20,000 bases of DNA from Candidatus Zhuqueibacterota bacterium. GTDB taxonomy: Bacteria; BS750m-G25. Below, one piece after another: positions 1 through 7,979 of the stretch (positions are counted from its first letter, which is position 1; each line of letters opens with the position of its first letter). The stretch spans positions 49,122-69,121 of the forward strand of contig JADHWK010000007.1 of the NCBI GenBank assembly GCA_016783505.1. The letters run 5' to 3'. The notes below the pieces were generated by a model that saw only the letters and a program-made list of their open reading frames with translations, searched no databases and was not told the origin of the DNA. Made by a program: the position numbers and the translations under genes.

Positions 1-909
1 CCCCATATTACCCCTCCAGAGGATATTAAAGCCAAGCTAACCGCCTTACCCAATATGAAAGCTGTGTTGTGGGATGTGTACGGAACGTTAATGGCGGTAG
101 ATACCGGGGATTTGGGGGAAACCCTGAAGCTGAAGCACAAGTTAATTCAGGCGTTTGAATTAACAATCCAAGAGTTTAACCTTAAGGACACCCTTCTAAA
201 GCTTACCGAGAATCCGGCGGAATATCTTTTAAACCGGTATGTCCGGTTGATAGAGGAGGATCATCAGCGGGAGAGGGAAAGGGGAGTCCAGTTCCCCGAG
301 GTGAAGATCGAAGCCATCTGGCAAGGGATTATTCGGGAGTTACAGACGGCGGGATATACCTATGATGGGGCGGCCTACGGGCCCCTGCCGGATTTTTCCA
401 TAAAGATGGCCTACTTCTTCGATTACGTATTCCATGGTAAACGGTTTTACCCCGGAGTAAAAGAAACCCTGATCTCTCTCAAAAACCGTGGCCATAAGCA
501 GGGGTTGATCTCCAACGCCCAGTTTTATACCCCCATTCAACTCGATCGCCTGCTTGCTGCCGGGACCTCCGATAAAGAGGCTGGCTTCCGTTTTCTATTC
601 GACCGAGAATTAATCTGTTTTTCCTACCTGTTGGGGGTAGCCAAACCGAACCCCCTCATCTTTGAGAAGGCCGCCCTCACCCTCAGGAAATACAATATTG
701 ACCCAGTGGAGACGGCTTATGTGGGCAATGATGTGTTCAATGACCTTTTGCCCGCCCATAAGCAGGGGTTTAAAACGGTCCTCTTCGCCGGGGATGGAAC
801 GACCCTGAAGTTACGGAAGGACCATCCCTCGTGCCGGGATTTTATCCCGGATGCGATCATCAACAAAATTCCCCAAATTAAAGAGATTTTGGTTTTTTCC
901 GGACTTTAG
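1..909 (+). CDS. HAD-superfamily phosphatase, candidate (mannosyl)glucosyl-3-phosphoglycerate phosphatase (MggB-like); probably 5'-truncated by the window
   Basis: HAD motifs WDVYGTL, ISNAQ, KPNP and YVGNDVFND. The frame is open from base 1 (PHITPPEDIKAKLTALPNMKAV...), so the real start is probably upstream of ATG 55. Substrate inferred from gene context. Confidence 0.85.
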   Translation, partial: PHITPPEDIKAKLTALPNMKAVLWDVYGTLMAVDTGDLGETLKLKHKLIQAFELTIQEFNLKDTLLKLTENPAEYLLNRYVRLIEEDHQRERERGVQFPEVKIEAIWQGIIRELQTAGYTYDGAAYGPLPDFSIKMAYFFDYVFHGKRFYPGVKETLISLKNRGHKQGLISNAQFYTPIQLDRLLAAGTSDKEAGFRFLFDRELICFSYLLGVAKPNPLIFEKAALTLRKYNIDPVETAYVGNDVFNDLLPAHKQGFKTVLFAGDGTTLKLRKDHPSCRDFIPDAIINKIPQIKEILVFSGL

Positions 910-929
910 TGGATAGAAATCAATTCCTG

Positions 930-950
930 TCAGTCAGGCGCCTGACTGAT
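930..950. repeat. Perfect 20-bp palindrome TCAGTCAGGCGCCTGACTGA (left island boundary; possible terminator or REP-like element)
   Basis: 930-949 is its own reverse complement, lies 20 nt after the HAD stop and is followed by a T-rich tract. A degenerate copy is at 8130-8150. Confidence 0.75.
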
Positions 951-1071
951 CCTATTTTTCCTTTAGTAATTCCAATGAATTGGAATGGGCAATCCAAATT
1001 TAGAAGATTTCTCTTGATTTTTAGTAAATTTTATGTGATATTTAGTGATAGAAAAAGGGGGACACAAAGCG

Positions 1072-1899
1072 TTGAAAACAATTTATAGCATTGTCAACGT
1101 TCTGCTATTTTGTGGAACAACCCTTGCTGATATCATTCATGTTCCTGGCGATCAACTCACGATTCAAGCCGGGATTGATTCCGCTGCTGTAGGTGATACC
1201 GTGTTGGTGGATACGGGGCGGTATGTGGAACACATCAACTTTAATGGTAATGATATAGTTATCGGGTCACTGTTTCTGATTACTGGCGATACTTCCTACA
1301 TTACTCAGACGGTGATTGATGGAGATAGTAGTGGAAGTGTGGTGACGTTTGAGAATGGTGAAGATTCCACAGCGGTGTTAAGTGGTTTTACCATTACCAA
1401 TGGACAAGGTGGAGGCTCTTGGCCACATTACACTGCTGGTGGAATTACATGTAAATATTCTTCCAGCCCAAGTTTGGTGAATGTAACGGTGAGTGGGAAT
1501 ACGACATTTTGAGAAATGTCTGGAAGTGGAACTGGCGGTGAGATTATCTGCTAGGCTAATTCCAATCCCACATTGACCAATGTGATCATTATCAGGAATT
1601 ATGCTAATTACGGTGGCGGGATTTTATGTTGGAATAACTCCGGTCTGAGTTTGGTGAATACCATTCTCTGGAACGATTCGCCGCAGGAAATTTGTTTCAG
1701 CGAACAGGCTGCTTCGAATTCTATTACCATTGCCTATTCTGATGTGCAGGGCGGTGAAGCAGGAGTTGTGACTAACAACAACGGCACCGTGAACTGGCTG
1801 GAAGGGAATATTGATGCCGATCCCCTGTTTGCAGATCCTGATAATGGCGATTTTCACCTTCAAGAAGGCTCCCCTTGCATTTTAGATAAAAGGAGATAA
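1072..1899 (+). pseudogene. Secreted right-handed parallel beta-helix repeat protein, pseudogene
   Basis: ORFs 1045-1512 and 1573-1899 share one frame, separated by in-frame TGA (1510-1512) and TAG (1552-1554). TTG 1072 follows a GGGGGA RBS and starts a signal peptide. Motifs IHVPGDQLTIQAGID, GGGI.C...S.P.L.N repeats and GNIDADPLF..DFHLQEGSPCI; the C-terminus is cut off right after SPCI. Confidence 0.85.
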
Positions 1900-1903
1900 T
1901 AAT

Positions 1904-2470
1904 ATGTCATCTGATAAGCTTCAAGCAATCATTTCTGAATATCAAATGTTGAGAGAAGAGATCCAGCGGAGATCTACAGATCAGATGCATTGTGTTGTAG
2001 CTTCTGTTCTCTCAATCGGAGTTTTAATATCTCTCATTGCACAAAATCCCACTAAATATTCACCCGTTCTTATTGTAATTCCATGGATTTTAGCGGTTTT
2101 TGGAATAATTTGGTTGGATTGTAACTGCAGTATTTTCTTGCTAGGACAATATATAAGAGATGAAATTGAAGGGAAAAAATTACCTGCATTGTTGGAATCT
2201 TCTGAGATTAACTGGATAGGATGGCAACATTATATTTATAAAAAACGTGAAAAGTGGAAATTTCCATCATATATCGTATTTATTTTGCCATTCTTCTATT
2301 TTGTTATACCTTCCATCGTTTGTGTAATTGCTTATATAATTCTACGCTTATATGGTATTATTACGATGCCAAAAACAATTGAATGGTGCTTTTTAGCAAT
2401 TGGCATAATCTTTATTATAATATTATTATATAGTTGGTACAAATCATATGAAACCACAAAGGGAAGATAA
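1904..2470 (+). CDS. Hypothetical ~4-TM membrane protein (probable integron cassette gene)
   Basis: AGGAGA RBS; N-terminal EYQMLREEI followed by four hydrophobic segments; AT-rich; followed by an attC-like site. Confidence 0.7.
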   Translation: MSSDKLQAIISEYQMLREEIQRRSTDQMHCVVASVLSIGVLISLIAQNPTKYSPVLIVIPWILAVFGIIWLDCNCSIFLLGQYIRDEIEGKKLPALLESSEINWIGWQHYIYKKREKWKFPSYIVFILPFFYFVIPSIVCVIAYIILRLYGIITMPKTIEWCFLAIGIIFIIILLYSWYKSYETTKGR

Positions 2471-2533
2471 AATAAAAAAGGTGATATAGAACAAATAGAG
2501 AGTTATGTCAAATGAGAGCAGCACGGCACAGGC

Positions 2534-2612
2534 GCATGACACAGCATAAAAGGTTCGTGCCTGATGGCAGTCACCTAAATTTTTGCTTCGTAAAAACTTC
2601 TTTTATGCTGGA
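2534..2612 (+). other. attC-like site 1, left part (interrupted by the IS; remainder at 4078-4088)
   Basis: Degenerate R'' GCATGAC (2534-2540); perfect arms CAGCATAAAAG (2542-2552) and CTTTTATGCTG (2600-2610); internal hairpin. Removing the IS joins it to AAAC-TTTTTAC, a degenerate R'. Same layout as the site at 7546-7625. Confidence 0.7.
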
Positions 2613-2626
2613 TCTATAAAAAGGTA

Positions 2627-2944
2627 AAAGTCAAGAGAAAAAAATCCCTCTACGCCCTGCCCGTAGGGTCATGGAATTAGTGTCATCTCGAAATTAGTCG
2701 GGATAGGGCTCTGAAACAAAGCAAAGATTTCCGGCTCTTTGATAATCTTTTCAGGGGGAATGCTGCGAACAGATTGGGTTTTGCCAAGTCGACTGACCGT
2801 ATATGTTACGAAGGGGTGTCATTCCCGCTTGCGCAGGATGACCATCAATCTATTCAACCTGCCGGAACGGTCTTGGGAACTAAACGGTTATCGTATGTAT
2901 ACGGTCGGCCCGAACCCGATAATAAACGTTAGAACGTGCCTCTT
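2627..2944 (-). ncRNA. Putative bridge RNA/seekRNA region of the IS1111 element
   Basis: ~320-nt non-coding right end, the location known for IS1111 guide RNAs. Contains hairpins and guide-like motifs matching the target (2924-2931) and the donor junction (2847-2853, 2800-2804). RNA ends unknown. Confidence 0.6.
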
Positions 2945-4001
2945 TCAGCCGTTATTCGCGCTGTTGTTCGTGATCCAGGCCGGCTTGATTTTAGTTCCCC
3001 GATACAGTTCATTGTTTCGCAGCATAAAGTACACGGCCTTAGCTAGTTTTCTGGCAGTGGCCACAATAGCCTTGCCGTGTCCTTTAGTGGCCTTTTTATA
3101 CTCGTAATAGGCCTTCAGTCCCGGATCTTTTCGAATGGCAACGAGGGCAGCCTCAATAAATGCCGTTCTCAGATACTTATTGGACTGTTTATTGATTTTT
3201 CCTTGATAGAGCTTATCTGCTGATCCCCGGGTGTTGACAGCCAATCCGGCGTATCGGAGAAGGCTCAATTCGTGGGAATCGATGGACCTTTACAATCTCG
3301 GCGATGATTGTCGAAGCATGTACTACTCCAACCCCGTCAATCGAGTTCAGAAGCGGATAGAAGGGGTGGTTAAGGATACGGTTTTTGATCATCTCATAGA
3401 GTTCGTCGATGAAAATGGAGAAGGTCTCGATGAGGTTAAGCTGCTTGGCGATGATCTTTCTGATGGGCTCGGGGAAATTCTGAGCTTCGATCCAGCGGAT
3501 ACCCTTGGAACCGAACACATATTTGTAGAGTCCTTGAAAATTGTACTTATCCAAGTAGGCACGGATGGTGTTTTTGAGGCTGGTGCGTAGGGTCACTAGC
3601 CGATATCGCTGGCGGTTGAGTTCCCGGAGGTGCCGGTACCAAATGTCAGGCACGTAACAGGTTGCAACCATTCCGGCTCTTGAAAGTTGAGCCAGCATAG
3701 CCGAGTCGTACTTGTCATTCTTAGCATGAACCGTTGCAATGGCTCGATTTAGAAAGGGGTTAGCCATTGTGAAGGGGATTCTCTTGAGATTGAGATAATC
3801 AGCGAGCCAGAAGTAGTTTCGAGTAGCCTCGAAGGTCACATGGATGGGTTCAGCGAAGGAATCGAATAAGACATCCAGTTCCTCGGGCCGATTGGGGATC
3901 TGATGGGTTCCCAGTTTTTTGCCGTCAGAATCGACTACAGAAAGAACAGAGTTCTTTTTGTGCAGATCCAGACCGATTTGATATTGAATTGAAGAATCCA
4001 T
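2945..4001 (-). pseudogene. IS110-family transposase/recombinase, frameshifted
   Basis: ATG 4001 with GGAGGT RBS (4011-4006). DEDD residues in GLDLHK, FEAT and KNDKYD. The C-terminal domain (RYAGL..RGSADK..GKINKQSNKYLR..KAIVATARKL) is in another frame, with the shift near 3265 (ATTGAGCCTT on the - strand). About 352 aa if repaired. Confidence 0.9.
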
Positions 4002-4128
4002 GTTGACCTCCTTTTGAGACTTGAGTTTATAACTAAGATACAAAATATTCTCTTTCGAGACTACCTTTTTATAATATAAACTTTTTACGACATTCATAAA
4101 TAGAAAACCCAAGGGGGGTGAGAGGATC

Positions 4129-6327
4129 ATGAAAAGGTTATTAATCGTTTCAAACAGGTTGCCAATTACTGTCGAAAAAAGGAAGGGTAATTTACTTTTT
4201 CGGCAGAGCACAGGAGGCCTGGCTACGGGACTAAGGTCATTCTATAGATCATATGACAGCATATGGATAGGATGGTCTGGAATTACATTAGATAAAATTA
4301 GTACCGAAGAAAAGAAGAGTATTGAAACAAAACTGATGTCTGAGTTTAACTGTTACCCGATTTTTCTCTCGCAAAATAACATTGAAAAGCACTACCATGG
4401 TTTTTGCAACAAAACTATCTGGCCCCTTTTCCACAGTTTCACCCAATATGCAGTTTACGAAAAGGGTTTATGGGAGTCTTACAGGCAGGCAAATAAACTT
4501 TTTTTTGATGCAATTATAGAAAAATCTGAGCCAGATGATATTATCTGGATACATGATTATCATTTAATGCTTCTTCCCAAACTTTTAAGAGAAAAATTAT
4601 CGAATGCTTCAATAGGTTTTTTCCTCCATATACCCTTCCCAACCTTTGAAATATTTCGCCTACTTCCATGGCGTAAGGAAATTTTAGAAGGACTCTTAGG
4701 AGCAGATGTTATAGGTTTTCACACCTATGATTATGCACGACATTTCCTCAGTAGTGTGCAGCGTTTGTTAGGATACGAATACAGTTGGGGTCAAATTACT
4801 GCCTATGATCGTATAATAAATACAGATGTATTTCCAATGGGAATAGACTATCAACTATTTTCAAAAGCTGCTCAGGATCCAGGAGTACAAAAAGAGGTGA
4901 CGAAGTTTCGTAAAAAACTTAGCGATCGTAAAATAATTTTATCAATAGACCGCCTAGACTATACAAAAGGGATACCCCAACGCTTAGAGGTTTTCGACAA
5001 CTTTTTGAAAAAAAACCCAGAGTATAAGGAGAAGGTGAGTCTTATTTTGGTTGCAGTTCCTTCACGCACACAGGTAGAACATTATAAGTTACTGAAAAAA
5101 CAGGTAGATGAACTTATCGGCAAGATTAATGGAGAACATGGAACGATTGGGTGGGTTCCCGTCCTGTATCTCTACCGCTCTCTACCCTTTTCCAGCCTTG
5201 CTGCTTTGTACAGTATTGCTGATATTGCCATTGTCACCCCTCTAAGAGATGGTATGAATCTCATAGCAAAAGAATATATCGCAACTAAGGCAGATGGAAA
5301 AGGGGTCTTGATATTAAGTGAAATGGCTGGAGCATCAAATGAGTTGGGTGAGGCAATCATAGTAAACCCTAACAACAGCAATGAGATGCTAGAGGCATTA
5401 GAAAAAGCCCTGATGATGCCGGAAAAGAAACAGATAGAACACAATAAGCCAATGCAAGAACGCCTCAAACGGTATAGTGTGGTGAGATGGGCAGAAGAGT
5501 TTATAGATAGATTGCTATACACCAAAAAACTTCAGAGTGAGATGTATACGAAGATGCTAACTTATGAAGTCAGATGGAAATTGGTTAGCGATTATCGTAA
5601 AAGCAAGAGGCGGCTTTTACTATTTGATTATGATGGAACTCTTGTCCCTTTTTTTGGTAAACCTGAAGAGGCAAAACCCAGCAATGAGATTTTAAAATTA
5701 CTCAAAAAACTCGCTGAAGATCAAAAAAATGAAGTGGTTCTCATAAGTGGACGTGACAAAGATACTTTAGAATCTTGGTTTGGCAACTTAAATCTGAGTC
5801 TTGTGGCTGAATATGGTGTGTGGCTAAAAGAATCTGTCCGTCCGCCAGGCGGGAAAGAGTGGGAATTAATAGAACCCCTGACTTCCGATTGGAAGGAAAA
5901 GATACGACCAATCCTTGAACTGCATGTAGATAGAACCCCTGGTTCTTTTATTGAAGAGAAAAATTTTTCCCTTGCCTGGCACTATCGAAAAGCCGATCTA
6001 GGATTAAGTTTAATGAGGGCAAGGGAGTTAATGGATAATCTCATAAATCTCACAGCCAATCTTAACCTTGAGGTTCTGGAGGGGAACAAAGTAATTGAAG
6101 TAAAGAATGCTGGTATAAACAAGAGCCGGGTTACGTTAAGATGGATTTCAAAGAAAAGTTGGGACTTTATCTTGGCGGTCGGTGACGATTGGACTGATGA
6201 AGATATTTTTGCTGTGTTACCGGATGAAGCTTATTCATTAAAAGTTGGTTTAACCCCTACGAAGGCAAAGTTCAATCTTAATTCAGTAATGGATGTAAGA
6301 TTATTACTAAAAGATCTGGGGAGGTGA
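4129..6327 (+). CDS. otsAB: Bifunctional trehalose-6-phosphate synthase/phosphatase (OtsA-OtsB fusion, TPSP)
   Basis: GT20 motifs SNRLP, HDYHL, FFLHIPFP, DRLDYTKG and DGMNLIAKEY; C-terminal HAD domain DYDGTL, ISGR, WHYR and GDDWTDED. Confidence 0.95.
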   Translation: MKRLLIVSNRLPITVEKRKGNLLFRQSTGGLATGLRSFYRSYDSIWIGWSGITLDKISTEEKKSIETKLMSEFNCYPIFLSQNNIEKHYHGFCNKTIWPLFHSFTQYAVYEKGLWESYRQANKLFFDAIIEKSEPDDIIWIHDYHLMLLPKLLREKLSNASIGFFLHIPFPTFEIFRLLPWRKEILEGLLGADVIGFHTYDYARHFLSSVQRLLGYEYSWGQITAYDRIINTDVFPMGIDYQLFSKAAQDPGVQKEVTKFRKKLSDRKIILSIDRLDYTKGIPQRLEVFDNFLKKNPEYKEKVSLILVAVPSRTQVEHYKLLKKQVDELIGKINGEHGTIGWVPVLYLYRSLPFSSLAALYSIADIAIVTPLRDGMNLIAKEYIATKADGKGVLILSEMAGASNELGEAIIVNPNNSNEMLEALEKALMMPEKKQIEHNKPMQERLKRYSVVRWAEEFIDRLLYTKKLQSEMYTKMLTYEVRWKLVSDYRKSKRRLLLFDYDGTLVPFFGKPEEAKPSNEILKLLKKLAEDQKNEVVLISGRDKDTLESWFGNLNLSLVAEYGVWLKESVRPPGGKEWELIEPLTSDWKEKIRPILELHVDRTPGSFIEEKNFSLAWHYRKADLGLSLMRARELMDNLINLTANLNLEVLEGNKVIEVKNAGINKSRVTLRWISKKSWDFILAVGDDWTDEDIFAVLPDEAYSLKVGLTPTKAKFNLNSVMDVRLLLKDLGR

Positions 6328-6331
6328 CAAA

Positions 6332-7540
6332 ATGCATAGTTTGGAAGATTATTATGAAATTGTAGGTGATAGGGTTATATCTGAGATACACAAGAGGGCG
6401 AGAAGGCTTTTTGGAAAGCATATATTACACGTTAATTCTACATATCAGGGCGGCGGTGTTGCCGAAATGCTGGCATCCCTTGTGCCTCTCATGAATGACG
6501 TAGGGATTGACACCGGCTGGAGAATATTCCATGGAAACCCTGATTTTTTTACAATCACCAAAAAATTTCACAACGCACTTCAGGGCGATAAGATTAATTT
6601 GTCCGAGATAAAAAAACGCTTGTATTTCCTGGCCAATGAAGATTTTTCTGTCTATACACACTTAGATCACGATTATATAATCATCCACGATCCACAACCC
6701 CTACCTTTAATAAAATATTATAAGAAAGGTCAGCCATGGATTTGGCGGTGCCATGTAGATTTATCGCATCCCAATAAAGAACTATGGGAATTTCTTACAA
6801 GGTTCATTCTTAAGTATGACATGATTATTATTTCAAACGAAAAATATAAGAGAGAAGGCCTACCGGTAGAACAAAGGATTATTTATCCTGTTATCGATCC
6901 TCTATCTCCTAAAAATATGGAAATATCCGACACAACGATTTCAAAATATCTTAAAAAGTTTGGTGTTCCTACAGATAAACCGATCATAACTCAGATATCG
7001 AGATTTGATAAGTGGAAAGATCCGGTAGGTGTAACAGAAGCATTTAAAATTGTTAAGAAACATGTAGATTGTAGATTAGTATTATGTGGAAGTATGGCCA
7101 CCGATGACCCAGAAGGCTACCAGATTTATGAGAAGGTAAAAAGAAAGGTTGAAAAATTTATTGCCAATAACGATGTAATTCTTATAACTACCGAGAACAA
7201 CATTCTTGTAAACGCTTTACAGCGCAGTTCTGCAGTAATAATACAAAAGTCTATAAGGGAGGGCTTCGGGCTTACGGTAACTGAGGCGCTTTGGAAGGCA
7301 AGACCTGTCGTGGCTTCAAATGTAGGGGGGATTCCTCTTCAAATAAAGGATGGAGAAAATGGATTTTTGCTTGATCCTTACAACACAAAAGGTTTTGCTC
7401 AGATGATTGTTCAAATATTGCAAAATCCCAGACTGGCAGAGAAGATGGGTAAAGAAGGTAAGGAAATTGTCAGGAAAGAATTTCTCATAACAAGGCTTTT
7501 GTCAGACTATTTAGATTTATTTAATGATATGGAAAAATGA
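6332..7540 (+). CDS. treT: Trehalose glycosyltransferring synthase TreT-like (GT4)
   Basis: HVNSTYQGGGVAEML, TKKFHNALQG, IHDPQP, WRCHVD, QISRFDKWKDP and QKSIREGFGLTVTEALWK. Starts 4 nt after the otsAB stop with a GGAGG RBS. Confidence 0.85.
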   Translation: MHSLEDYYEIVGDRVISEIHKRARRLFGKHILHVNSTYQGGGVAEMLASLVPLMNDVGIDTGWRIFHGNPDFFTITKKFHNALQGDKINLSEIKKRLYFLANEDFSVYTHLDHDYIIIHDPQPLPLIKYYKKGQPWIWRCHVDLSHPNKELWEFLTRFILKYDMIIISNEKYKREGLPVEQRIIYPVIDPLSPKNMEISDTTISKYLKKFGVPTDKPIITQISRFDKWKDPVGVTEAFKIVKKHVDCRLVLCGSMATDDPEGYQIYEKVKRKVEKFIANNDVILITTENNILVNALQRSSAVIIQKSIREGFGLTVTEALWKARPVVASNVGGIPLQIKDGENGFLLDPYNTKGFAQMIVQILQNPRLAEKMGKEGKEIVRKEFLITRLLSDYLDLFNDMEK

Positions 7541-7545
7541 ACGAC

Positions 7546-7625
7546 GTATAACAGTGGATAAGAGAGGAATCAAAGATTTCTCTAAATTGTCTTCTCTAAC
7601 CTCTTTTATTCACAACCCGTTATAT
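7546..7625 (+). other. attC-like site 2 (80 bp, apparently intact)
   Basis: R'' GTATAAC (7546-7552) 5 nt after the treT stop; arms GTGGATAAGAGAGG (7554-7567) and CCTCTTTTATTCAC (7600-7613), 12/14 complementary; R' GTTATAT (7619-7625). Confidence 0.78.
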
Positions 7626-7673
7626 GAAATTGCGGTTCTTTAAATGCTTTTCAAAGGTAGTGGGGTTAAATAA

Positions 7674-7973
7674 GTAGAAGAGGCAAGCAAGAAATTTATG
7701 ATATTTTACTCCCACCTCTCTTCTACTGTTTATACCAGTGTAAAGGACAGCGGTGTCCTATTAACTATACGTTATCTTTATGAGCCTCGACGTCGTCGTA
7801 GCACCGAATAGGCAATCTGGGAAGATATTTTACAAGAGTTCTCCAAAGGTGCAGATATAGATTTCGCATATCCTACACAACGGTTCTATAATAATCGACT
7901 CGAGGTAAAGGCTGGGATTAGACCTTTCTCCGGGGAAGAGAATACAAAAACATCCGGAAATAAGCCAAAGTAG
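7674..7973 (+). pseudogene. mscS: MscS small mechanosensitive channel, C-terminal remnant (absent from ORF track)
   Basis: Manual translation: VEEASKKFMIFYSHLSSTVYTSVKDSGVLLTIRYLYEPRRRRSTE*AIWEDILQEFSKGADIDFAYPTQRFYNN... It has the MscS-type IDFAYPTQ C-terminus, an internal TAG at 7809-7811 and no N-terminal/TM region. Confidence 0.8.
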
Positions 7974-7979
7974 CTCACA

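Larger units (their letters stand above)
2612..4079 (-). mobile_element. IS110-family insertion sequence, IS1111 group (~1.47 kb), inserted in attC
   Basis: DEDD transposase; perfect 12-bp subterminal inverted repeats TATAAAAAGGTA (2615-2626) and TACCTTTTTATA (4062-4073); long non-coding region downstream of the transposase; no obvious target duplication. Ends uncertain by a few bp. Confidence 0.88.

Noticed and set aside
1510-1554. Stop-codon recoding (Sec, Pyl or alternative genetic code) in the beta-helix gene
   Set aside because: Both TGA and TAG would need readthrough, both end ordinary genes here (TAG 909 and 13613; TGA 6327 and 7540), and the gene is also truncated. Pseudogenisation is simpler.
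2739-3590. + strand ORFs 2739-3107 and 3231-3590
   Set aside because: Antisense shadows of the transposase and RNA region with no recognisable motifs.
4002-4211. 70-aa N-terminal extension of the transposase in the ORF track
   Set aside because: It crosses the IS end and overlaps otsAB antisense; ATG 4001 has a good RBS and the expected distance to the first catalytic Asp.
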